Assembly (NCBI RefSeq): GCF_004010195.1
Contig: NC_057758.1
Location: 3,375,881-3,407,523, forward strand
DNA: 31,643 nt
Reading direction: 5' to 3'
Source: Chiloscyllium plagiosum
Lineage: Eukaryota
A model generated the notes under the pieces. The model searched no databases, was not told the origin of the DNA, and was given only the letters and a program-made list of their open reading frames with translations. The position numbers and the translations under genes are program-made. Positions 9,163 through 18,482 of the stretch are shown here, one piece after another. Position 1 is the stretch's first letter, and each line of letters begins with the position of its first letter.

Positions 9163-9780
9163 TCTTTACATCGGGAAGACAGGACGTTGACTTGCGAATC
9201 ATTTCAGAGAACATCTCTGGGACACACACGCCAATCAACCCCAGTCTCCTAAAGCTGAACCCTTCAACTCCCCCCACTCCCTCACTCCACCAAGGACTCC
9301 TCCATTGCCAAACCCTTACCATCCAACACCTCTAGGAAGATCGCTTCAGATTCTGCCTTGGGACACTGCAACCATACTGGATCAATGTGGATTTCACCAC
9401 TTTCCTCATTTCCCCTCCCCAGACATTACCCCAGTCCCAAGCCTCCAACTTGGCAATGCTCTCCTGACCCGTCCGTCACCTTTCTCATCTATCTCTTCCA
9501 CCCTCCTCCCCAACGTATTACCTTCTCTATCACCTTCATCTACCTATCACCTTCTCAGCTACCTTCCCCCCCTCCCCAACCCAACCTCCCCCTCATTTTT
9601 TTCTCCGCCCACATTCACCCCCCGGCGCCCATGCCCAGCCCACAAGCCTCATTGCTGATGAAGGGCTTATGCCTGAAATGTTGATTCTCCTGCTCCTTGG
9701 ATGCTGCCTGACCTGTTGTACTTTTCCAGCATCACATTCTCCACTCTGATTTCTAGCATATGCAGTCCCCAGTTTCTCCT
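9163..9780 (+). mobile_element. Second, more decayed Penelope-like 3' fragment, divergent from 7984-9160
   Basis: YIGKTGR*LANHFREHLWDT on the plus strand from ~9167, then a pyrimidine-rich UTR and CTGATGA-AGGGC TTAT GCCT-GAAA at ~9655-9678. Confidence 0.85.
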
Positions 9781-9782
9781 TT

Positions 9783-9900
9783 CGAGGGATCTGGGCCAAG
9801 TGCTGGCAAATGGGACGAGGTTAGGTTGGGATATGTGGTCGGCATGAACGAGTTGGACTGAAAGGTCTGTTTCCATGCTGTACATCACTGACTCTATGAC
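9783..9900 (+). mobile_element. CR1/HER1 extreme 3' end
   Basis: GGGCCAAGTGCTGGCAAATGGGAC...GTTTCCATGCTGTACATC...ACTCTATGA is the reverse complement of the 5741-5850 tail. Confidence 0.85.
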
Positions 9901-9967
9901 CTGGATCCCAGACCATCTCAATCTCCTATTTCACTGAATACCACACTTCTTTCACAAACAATTGTTT

Positions 9968-10260
9968 GTGCTGCCTCACAGCGCCAGAGACCCGGGTTCA
10001 AATCCCGTCTTGGGCAACTGTCTGTGTGGAGTTTGCACATTCTCCCCCTTGTCTGCGTGGGTTTCCTCCAGGTTCTCCGGTTTCCTCCCACAGTCTAAAG
10101 ATGTGCAGGTTAGGTGAATTGGCTATGCTAAATTGTCCGCAATGTTAGTTGAAGGGGTAAATGTAGGGGAATGGGTCTGGGTGGGTTGCTCTTCGGAGGG
10201 TCGGTGTGGACTTGTTGGGCCGAAGGGCCTGTTTCCACACTATAAGTAATCTAATCTAAT
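9968..10260 (+). mobile_element. HE1-type V-SINE (5' A box missing)
   Basis: B box GGGTTCAAATCCC, complete V-domain and (AATCT)n tail. Confidence 0.92.
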
Positions 10261-10304
10261 TAATCGTCCTCTCACTCGTTTTAAATCTGATGCCTCGTAC
10301 TCAA

Positions 10305-10810
10305 TTTTTTTCTCCATTCTAGCATGGGACATGAGCATCGTGGACTCAGTGGAAAAAATATTACCATTTCTCGTTACCCTTGAGAAGAAAGTGATGAGCT
10401 GCCTTCTTGAACCGTTGCAGTATGTTAACTCACAATGCCATTGGGTGGCAATTTCAGGATTTTGATGCAGTGACAGTGAAATGATTGGGACATATTGCCA
10501 AATCAGGGTGGCGAGCGGCTTGGAAGGGAACTTGCAGCGGGTGATATTCCATGTATCTGCTGCCCATATCTTTCTGGATGGAAGCAATCGTGGGTTTGGA
10601 AGATGCGGTCTGAGGATTTTTGTTGAATTTCTGCAGTGCATCCTTGGAGATGGTATCCACTGCTGATACTGAGCGTTGGAGGTGGATGTTTTTGAATGTG
10701 ATACCAATCAAGTGATCTGCCTTCTCCTGAATGATGTCAAGCCCTCGAGTGTTGTTGGAGCTGCACCCATCCAGGAAAGTGGGGATTATTCCAACACATT
10801 CTTGACCGGA
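10305..10810 (-). mobile_element. 3' ~500 bp of the second non-LTR family
   Basis: Minus-strand ORFs give LDIIQEKADHLIG and MHCRNSTKILRPHLPNPR, a LINE ORF2 C-terminus. The 3' UTR is homologous to 2880-3090. Confidence 0.7.
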
Positions 10811-10825
10811 AGCACACGTCCGCAA

Positions 10826-11560
10826 TCTCTCTCTTTAGTGTGTGTCCTTCACTCTTTCTCTTTTTATCTGACAGTCTTTCCCATATTGGTTTTAATTGTG
10901 AAGTTCATTTCTCTCAATTTCTATCCGTCACTCTCTACGTCCATCTGTGTGTGTCTGTCTTTCTTTCTTTCTCTCTCCTCACGCTGCCTTTCACTCAGCC
11001 TCTCGCTGTGTCTATCTCTCTCAATAGCCGTCTTGCTGTCTCTCCCAGTGAACAATGGTGCCAGTTTTGTTCTGAACTGTGCAGACACTCCTGCAGCTGA
11101 AGGTAACCCGAGTTGGAGTCCAGGAATCAAGGCAGCATCTGTACCCTTCCCCATTTGCAAAGACGCTCCACCCCAGGGAGTGGGGAGGGGGAGCAGTGAG
11201 CTGTCAACTGCAGTCAGCCCTGACAGTCACGTCATACAGCTCATCATAGTCAGACTAACTGAGAATACTACAAATGGGCAGAGAACATACAGGTCTGTGG
11301 TCTTTCTCTCTCTCCCTGACTCTCTCTTTTGCCCTACCTGTTTCTCAATCACTAATGTCTCTACTTTCTCTCTCACTATTTCTATCCCTCAGAATCTCTC
11401 AGTTGCTGTCTTTCAGTCTGTTTCTCTCCTTTTTGCCTCATAGTCTGTCCTATCCTCTTACTGCCTCACTATCATTCCCATGTTCTGCACTCTTCTCTCT
11501 CTATGTTTCAGTCTCTCCCTATCTCTCTAGTGACAATTCTGTCACACTTTCCAGACAATT
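10826..11560. repeat. Degenerate (CT)n-rich tracts flanking a ~250-bp unique island (11049-11295)
   Basis: Low-complexity TCTC/TGTC runs at 10826-11048 and ~11300-11560. Confidence 0.8.
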
Positions 11561-11699
11561 ATCTCTCCTGAATAGAAACTTTCATTCCTTTTCCCTCATT
11601 CTCTCCATGATAGTCCACCTATTGCTTTCAGGTCTCATCTCCTTCTTCAGATCTTCAATGAGTACAGTCCCTACCTCTTTTCCTTAGATAGTCCCTCTA

Positions 11700-12050
11700 T
11701 ACCAGGGATCGGTTTAGTGACTGCCTCCAATGCCAATCTGTCTTTTCTCGATAAGCGTACCATAGCTGTTCAATTTTCTTGCTGTGTTCTGACCGGTGTC
11801 TTGTGTAGTTTTAGCATGCACTCCCTGATTGTATACTCCATCCCCTTTTCAAGTGAAGGCCAACATTCCATTTATCTTCCTTATTAACTCATGATTTCCT
11901 AAGCCAGGTTTTTATGATTTATATACAAGGAGCTCCAAATCCCTCTCTTCTGTAGCTTTCCGCAGTCTTTCTCCATTGGAATAATAGTCAGCTCCTTGGC
12001 TCGTCCCGCCAAATCGCATAACCTTATACTCTCCCACAATAAATTCAAGT
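11700..12050 (-). mobile_element. Old decayed CR1-type fragment
   Basis: TATACTCC...GAAGGCCAACATTCCATT and AAATCCCTCT motifs correspond to the reverse of CR1 GMLAFI...EY and RDLG segments. Confidence 0.55.
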
Positions 12051-12153
12051 AAAATGGTCTGATCTCGAGATGTCCATTGGCATTAATGAATCCTGGAAAA
12101 AGACAGTGTATTTCATGATGAACATTGCTACTTTCTTGGCAGCTTTCCAATAC

Positions 12154-12460
12154 GGGGTGGCATGGTGACTCAGTGGTTTGCACTGCTGCCTTACATCACC
12201 AGGGTCCCAGGTTCAATTCCAGCGTCTGGCAACTGTCTGTGTGGAGTTTGTACATTCTCCCTGTGTCTGCATGGATTTCCTCCAGGTGCTCCGGTTTCCT
12301 CCCACTGTCCAAAGATGTGCAGGTCAGATGAATTGGCCATGCTAAATTGTCCATAGTGCTAGGTGCATTAGCCAGAGGGAAAGGGGTCTGGGTGGGTTAC
12401 TCTTCGAAGGATTGGTTGGGCTGAAGGGCCTGTTTCCACACTGTCGGGAATCTAATCTAA
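12154..12460 (+). mobile_element. HE1-type V-SINE, full length
   Basis: GGGGTGGCATGGTGACTCAGTGG (A box), GGTTCAATTCC (B box), V-domain and AATCTAATCTAA tail. Confidence 0.93.
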
Positions 12461-12751
12461 ACATACACATGGAATGAGACCTTTGAGAGATTCTACAATC
12501 TCCGTCTGGTTCCTCATGAGGCCCCCTCCCTCCGAGAACGAAATGTAAGTATCTTTCAGATTTTAAGCAATTTATAGAACAGAATCATAGAATGCCTACA
12601 GTGTGCAAACCGGCCCTTAGGCCCGAGATGTTAATCTCTCACTGCCAGTTTTCTTTGAACCTGCTCTGCATAATTCATCTTATTCCTCGAATTACTTTTC
12701 ATCAGTCAGCTAAATCCTCCTCATTTCATCTTTATTGCCACACACACATAG

Positions 12752-13800
12752 GCAGCAGCAGGAAAGACCTGTGATTTCTCCTTCTTGGACCGAGCTCCGA
12801 ACTGACAAATTTCGCCCGCTGTGGGACTGTGCAGGGAAGTGTAGGCCTCGGGCTCCATTTTGGACCTAGCGCTAAATATAACGATTCCACCCAGTGTGGG
12901 ACTTTTGAAGACTCATGCAGCAAAACTTAGGTGCAGGCCGAGTGCTTGCTCATCCTACACGAGATGTGGGACTGAAAGCCACATGCGTGGAAATACACAT
13001 CAGGAAAGTCCCAGGTTCCGTCTTTGTTTAGTACTGTTGAGATTGCCAATATCATCCTAAACCGGAGGGAATAAAACCAGTAATTCTTAGAAATTACTGG
13101 TCCTCTGTTTTGAAGTACACCAGGTAACTCAGACCAGTATGCCTCATCTATTAGTTTTTTGTGACTTTTCCTTCTGTGACTGACAAAACCCACAAAGCAG
13201 GGAAATGCAAGTCCAGCCTTCACGTTGGGCCTAGTGCTACTTCCACTTATGAATGAAGTGGAACTAAGGACCCTCACCCTCACAGGCAAATACCTGCACA
13301 CACACACACACACACACACCAGGGGATTCCAAGGCTCCATTCTTGGCCCTATTGCTATACCGATCTCACGCTTGGTGATGTGGAATGAATTACGACTGAC
13401 AGGACAGGGAAATTTAGGTTGGAATCCAGATATTTGGCCAAGTACATATAGCTGATCGAGAGTTAATTGAACCCTACAAAGCAGGCTGTATCTTGAGCCT
13501 AGCGCAGTGTTAATTGACCTCGCTCCGGGCTTAGGATTGATTGAGTGACAATCACTCCCTCCTCAATACACGGTTTAGGGAAATATAGGCCCAGGCTGGA
13601 TCTTTGGCCTAGTGCTGAGTGTGCCAGTCTCACTCCCGATGTTGGTTTTAATTGAGCCACGTCCCCTCCCACCCCAATGCGGCCACAGTGCAGGACCAGG
13701 TTTCTTCATGGGCCCAATGTCGAAGGAGCCAGTTTCATTCCCACTAGTGAATTCAATGTAGAGAAATTTAGGTTCAGGCTCCATTTGAGGCCTGCTTGAT
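12752..13800 (+). repeat. Array of ~11-12 degenerate stem-loop/dyad motifs with unique spacers (candidate structured ncRNA domain)
   Basis: Motif starts at 12759, 12832, 12918, 13001, (13065), 13198, 13320, 13405, 13482, 13576, 13691 and 13759. Consensus CAGGGAAATNTAGGYYCAGG-YTNNAT-CTTKGGCCTAGTGCT. The repeat is directly visible; its function is not. Confidence 0.75.
13297..13319. repeat. (CA)n microsatellite
   Basis: About 11 CA units inside the stem-loop array. Confidence 0.95.
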
Positions 13801-13959
13801 CAATCGGAGCCTGTGGGACTGGGGCCTCCTTGTCGTCCCATTCCCTGTGGGCCACTACTGCTTCACAGTGGAATGCAGCCTTCCTCTTCTCTTTTGGGGA
13901 TTTTTTCAGTATTTAACTCATTGCCACTTCTCTCGCAGGGATGCCCACAAAGGACAAAA

Positions 13960-15540
13960 GAAATTGCAGCACAGGAACAGGCTCTTCAGCCCTCCAAGCC
14001 TGTGCCGATCCAGATCGTCTTATCTAAATCTCTCATTATTTTCTAAAGATCTGTATCCCCCTGCTCCCTGCCCATTCATATATCCGTCCAGATACATCTT
14101 CAATGATGTTATTGTGCCCACCTCTACCACCTCCGCTGGCAGTGCATTCCACCATGCTCTCCATAAAAAACTCGCCACGTATATCTCCCTAAACTTTTCC
14201 CCTCCCACTTTGAACTAGTCAGCCCCGGTAATTGAGTCCCCCACTTTGGGGGAAAAAGCTTCTTGCTCTCCACTCTGTCTTTACCTCTCATGATTTTGTA
14301 GATCTCAATTAGATCTTCCCTCAACCTCTGTCGTACTAATGAAAATAATCCTAATTTACCCGACCTCTCTTCAGAGCTAGCGCCCTCCATACCAGGCAAC
14401 ATCCTGGTGAAACTCCTCTGTGCCCTCTCCAAAGCATCTACATCCTTTTTGTTAATGTGGCATCCAGAACTGTGCGCAATATTCCAAATGTGCCCGGAAC
14501 AAAGTCTTACAGAACTGTAACATGACCTGTCAACCCTTGTACTAAATACCCCGTCCGATGAAGGAAAGCATGCCATATGCTTTCTTGATCATTCTATCAA
14601 CCTGCATTGCCACCTTCAGGGAACAATGGACCTGAACTTCCAGATCTCTCTGCACATCAATTTTCCCCAAGGCTTTTCCATTTCCTGTATTGTTCGCTCT
14701 TGTATCGGATCTTCCAAAAGGCATCACCTCGCATTTGTCCAGATTGAACTGCCTCTGCTATTTCTCTGCCCAACTCTCCAAGCAATCTATATTCTACTGC
14801 ATTCTGACAGACCCCCTCACTATCTGCTATTCCACCAATCTGAGTGTCATCTGCAAACTTGCTAATCAGACCACCTATACCTTCCTCCAAATCATTTATG
14901 TATATCACAAACAACAGTGGTCCCAGCATGGATCCCTATGGAATACCACTGGTCACAGTTTCCTATTTTGAGAAATTCACTTCCACTACTGCTGTCTCCT
15001 GTTGCCCAGCCAGTTCTCCATCCATCTAGCTAGTATACACTGGACTCCACGTGACTTCACTTTCTCCATCAGCCTACCATGGGGAACCTTCTCAAACACA
15101 TTACTGAAGTCCATGTATGTGACATGTACAGCCCTTCCCTCATCAATCAACTTTGTCACTTCCTCAAAGAATTCTATTAAGTTGGTAAGACATGACATTC
15201 CCTGTGCAAACCCATGTTATTTATCACTGATAAGCCCATTTTTGTCCAAATGGGAAAAGATCCTAACCCTCAGTATCTTCTCCAGCACCCTCCCTACTAC
15301 TGACATCAGGCTCATCAGTCTACAATTACCCTGGCTACCCTTCTTAAACAAGAGGACAACGTTTGCAATTCTCCAGTCTTTCAGGCCCCTACGCATGTTC
15401 AAGAATGCTGCAAAGATATTTGTTAAGGCCCCAGTTATTTCCTCTGTCACTTCCCTTACTAAGCAGGGATAGATCCCATCCGGACCTTGGGACTTGTTCA
15501 ACTTAATGCCTTTTAGAACACTCAACACTTCATCCCTCCT
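13960..15540 (-). mobile_element. CR1-type LINE, ~1.6 kb, 5'-truncated, RT domain pseudogene
   Basis: Minus-strand fragments: GPDGIYP, DWRIANVVLLFKKG, SCLTNLIEFFEEVT..IDEG..V.V.YMDFS..F.KVPH, LGPLLFVIYINDL...ISKFADDT, RLREDLIEIYKI. Many frameshifts. Confidence 0.95.
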
Positions 15541-16033
15541 CCCTCCCTCCTTGAAGAAGTCATCAAGTCGTAGAAATGTACAGCTCGGAAGCAGACCCTT
15601 CGATCCAACACGTCTGTGCCGACCAGATATCCCACCCAATCTAGTCCCACCTGCAAGCACCTTGCCCATATCCCTCCAAATCCGTCCTATTCATATACCC
15701 ATCCAGATGCATTTTAAATGTTGTAATTGTACTAGCCTCCACCACTTCCTCTGGCAGCTCATTCCATACACGTACCACCCTCTGCATGAAAACGTTGCCC
15801 CTTAGGTCTCTTTTATATATTTTCCCCCTCACCCTAAACCTATGCCGTCTAGTTCTGGACTCCCCCACCCCAGGGAAGAGACTTTGTCTATTTATACTAT
15901 TCATGCCCCTCAAGATTTTATAGACCTCTATAAGGTCACCCCTCAGCATCTGATGCTCCAGGGAAAACAGCACCAGCCTATTCAACCTCTCTCTATAGCT
16001 CAAATTCTCCAACCCTGGCAACATCCTTGTAAA

Positions 16034-16283
16034 AGAAAGTGAGGACTGCAGATGCTGGAGATCAGAGCTGAAAATGTGTTGCTGGAAAAGCGCAGCAGGT
16101 CAGGCAGCATCCAAGGAGCAGGAGAATCGACGTTTCGGGCAGGAGCCCTTCTTCAGGAATGAGATATCTTAGCCTGCTTGGCACACTCTCCTCGTTCCTG
16201 AAGAAGGGCTCATGCCAGAAATGTCGATTCTCCTGCTCCTTGGATGCTGCCTGACCTGCTGCGCTTTTCCAGCAACACATTTT
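16034..16283. mobile_element. Fold-back pair of Penelope-like terminal repeats, 15-bp TSD
   Basis: Inverted arms of ~115 bp (~16049-16165 and ~16192-16285). Hammerhead cores at 16129-16156 (-) and 16198-16225 (+). CAACATCCTTGTAAA is duplicated at 16019-16033 and 16284-16298. Confidence 0.85.
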
Positions 16284-16437
16284 CAACATCCTTGTAAATC
16301 TTTTCTGAATCCTTTCAAGTTTCACAACATCCTTCCTTTAGGAGACCAGAATTGCATGTGATATTCCAAAAGTGGCCTAACCAACAAAAGTAAGCCACAA
16401 CATGACCTCCCAACTACTGTGCTCAATACTCTGAAAT

Positions 16438-17167
16438 TGTGAGATATAGGTAAAGCAGTGTTACTTCTGCAATCATAATTGTTTATGCAAGGTAAATGAA
16501 CTCACATTAGTGTATAATTGTTTCAGCCAAGAGCTGAGTTAACAAGAATGAAAACTATGTGAAGGAAATATATTATTGCTTTTGCACTAGCTAAAATGTG
16601 CATACAAAAATGAAATTTTGCCTGCAAACAATGGTAGATGTTACAGGCAAATAGATAAGGTGCTGTGAGGGGAGGGGGTGTAGCTCAAGCTAGATATGCC
16701 TGTACAAACAGTTACAAGCATCTGTTTCCCACTTCAGCAAAAACAAAAAAAACATCAAAAGGTCATAAGACTTTGTGTAAGTAAAGAATAAAAGGAAATA
16801 TTGCTTTGGTGAACACGGAAACAGATGGTAGTGAAGAAGGATAAATAACAATAAGACCACAGAGGGAGATGGTCAAACGGCCTTGTGAAGTGAGAGATAA
16901 ACATTTTGTCATGGACAAGACCGGATGAGTTCAGAGATAAACAGCTGGGTTTAGATTAGAAACAGATGTAAACAAGGGAGTAGCAATGGGAGGAGGGAAG
17001 AGAAACGAAATACATAAATATTGTGTTCTCATTAAATTTGGTGTTTGTATGTGACTGCCTTGTGGACAGTGGACACCACACCCCTCTTGCAAGCGCGTAA
17101 TAAACGATACTGATTCAGATCTTGTCTTGGACTGTAATTATTGAAGTGAGTGAGCTTTGTTCTCACA
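16438..17167 (+). mobile_element. Solo LTR (730 bp)
   Basis: Termini TGTGAGA...TCTCACA (TG..CA, 7-bp inverted repeat). Inserted into LINE sequence CTCTGA-CCAAT-AAAGG, with CCAAT on the right and AAT on the left (partial TSD). TATA-like TACATAAATA at 17011; AATAAA at 17099-17104. Confidence 0.8.
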
Positions 17168-17853
17168 CCAATAAAGGAAAGCATACCAAACTCCTGCTCC
17201 TCTACTATCAGTTCTGAGGAAATGCCACTCAAACTGGAAGGTGAACTCTGATGTCACTCCACAGATGCTAAGCTTTTCCAGCAGTTTCTGTTTTTGTTTC
17301 TGATTTACAGAGTTTGCAGTTCTTTCGGTTTTTATAAAAGCCTGACTGCAAACTCACTTACCATGGCCAAGAATTGGCAAAGGCCAAAAGCCTGGGGCCT
17401 ATCACCCAGGGAGAAGAGGGTGGCCTTCCCATCTTTACAGGGGCCTCTCTGACAAAGCCACCCTGCCTCCAAATAGAGAGACAGACAGAAGATCACATCC
17501 TCTGGCCCACAACTTACTCCAAATAGACAGAAAGTAAGACACCTCTCCCCGGGAATGGGGGAAATTGGAAATGCAGATTGGGGGAGGTGGTGAGCGAAAT
17601 AGGAGCCAGAAGCCGCCGGCCCAGGATTGGGCCATTTTGGCCCAGCAACACGTATCAACGCTGTTGATTGGACAATCCATACGCCCGAACTGACCGGGGC
17701 TCGACAAGCGAGAAAGGGGCTGGGGCGCGGGGAGTTGTGGGATAACTCGTCTCTTCACCGCGCGCTTCCAGAGCAGCATCGAGGGGCGTGGTTTGGGGAA
17801 ATGGGGCGGGGCGGACAATGGGGGAAACTGGAGGGCGGCATTTGGATCAATCG

Positions 17854-17895
17854 NNNNNNNNNNNNNNNNNNNNNNNNNNNNNNNNNNNNNNNNNN
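17854..17895. other. Assembly gap (42 N)
   Basis: Run of N. Confidence 1.
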
Positions 17896-18030
17896 CGGAG
17901 TTTAGCTATTAGAGGCGGGGTTTAGGTGTCAGGGCGGATGTGGGTGTGTTGGGGCGGGGTTTACCAGTGTTGGGCGGGGTTTGGATGTGTTGGGGCGGAG
18001 TTTAGCTATCAGAGGCGGGGTTTGGGGCCA
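17896..18030. repeat. GC-box tandem repeat (~20-bp subunit, 100-bp higher period)
   Basis: CGGAGTTTAGCTATYAGAGGCGGGGTTT at 17896 and 17996, with TGTTGGG(G)CGG units between them. Confidence 0.8.
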
Positions 18031-18155
18031 GTCTGGGGAAGGTGGGGTAATGGGAACCACAAATACTGGAGCCCCCAGTGGGTGAGGTATGGGGAGACAG
18101 CAAGTTTCTTCGAGTCAAATGCATCACACCACCCTTGCCAACATTCACACAAACC

Positions 18156-18482
18156 CTACAGAGTGGAAACAGGTGCTTTGGCCCAACAAGTCCACACCAA
18201 TCCTCCCAACAGTCACCCACCCAGACCCATTCCCTACCCTGTCACTCTACATTTACCCCTGACCAATGCACCTCACCTACACACCCCTGGATACGAGAGG
18301 CAATTTCGCCTGGCCAATTCACCCTAACCTGCACACCTTTGGACTGTGGGAGGAAACCGGAGCACGCGGACAAAACCCACGCAGTCACGGGGAAAATGTG
18401 CAAAATTCAAACAGACAGTTGCCCAAGGCAGGAATCGAACTCATGTCCCTAGTGCTGTGAGGCAGCAGTGCTAACCACTGTG
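18156..18482 (-). mobile_element. HE1-type V-SINE
   Basis: The reverse complement contains CAGTGGTTAGCACTGCTGCCTCAC, GAGTTCGATTCC, the V-domain and a 3' CCTGTTTCCACTCTGTAGG. Confidence 0.9.

Larger units (their letters stand above)
15565..17190 (-). mobile_element. CR1/HER1 3' end carrying two nested insertions
   Basis: LINE sequence at 15565-16033, 16284-16437 and 17168-17190 is collinear with the uninterrupted copy at 5741-6400 (ORF MLPGLENLSYRERLNRL...VRVWNELPEEVVEA). Confidence 0.92.
17550..18090. promoter_or_regulatory. CpG-island-like promoter, probably bidirectional, spanning an assembly gap
   Basis: High GC and CpG. ATTGG at ~17626 and ~17667; many GGGCGG/GGCGGG boxes (17803-17813, 17915-18020). 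Donor-like sites point outward: minus GCCATG|GTAAGT (GT 17361-17360) and plus TGG|GTGAGG (~18082). Confidence 0.55.

Noticed and set aside
10676..11443. Longest ORF (255 aa) as a gene
   Set aside because: It is made of antisense LINE sequence plus CT microsatellite, giving S/L-rich low complexity. Only the 54-nt internal segment is kept as a candidate exon.
12154..12225. tRNA genes at A/B-box sequences
   Set aside because: All are SINE heads followed by the V-domain and a LINE-derived tail, with no complete cloverleaf.
13576..13616. Helitron 3' ends (hairpin + CTAG|T)
   Set aside because: CTAG lies within the stem arm instead of ~10 nt downstream of the hairpin, and the conserved sequence continues past it.
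12752..13800. CRISPR array or integron-like cassette array
   Set aside because: The context is vertebrate, the repeats are too degenerate, the spacers are too variable in length, and there is no cas or integrase gene.
12752..13800. miR-430/302-like microRNA cluster (AGTGCT resembles the AAGUGCU seed)
   Set aside because: The motif is CTAGTGCT, not AAGTGCT, and the stems are ~10 bp with a large internal loop, too short for canonical pre-miRNAs. Small-RNA data would be needed to exclude this fully.
13960..15540. Active reverse transcriptase gene
   Set aside because: It is 5'-truncated, fragmented across frames and contains stops. The same applies to 20616-22195, where the catalytic motif is degraded to LAGDT.
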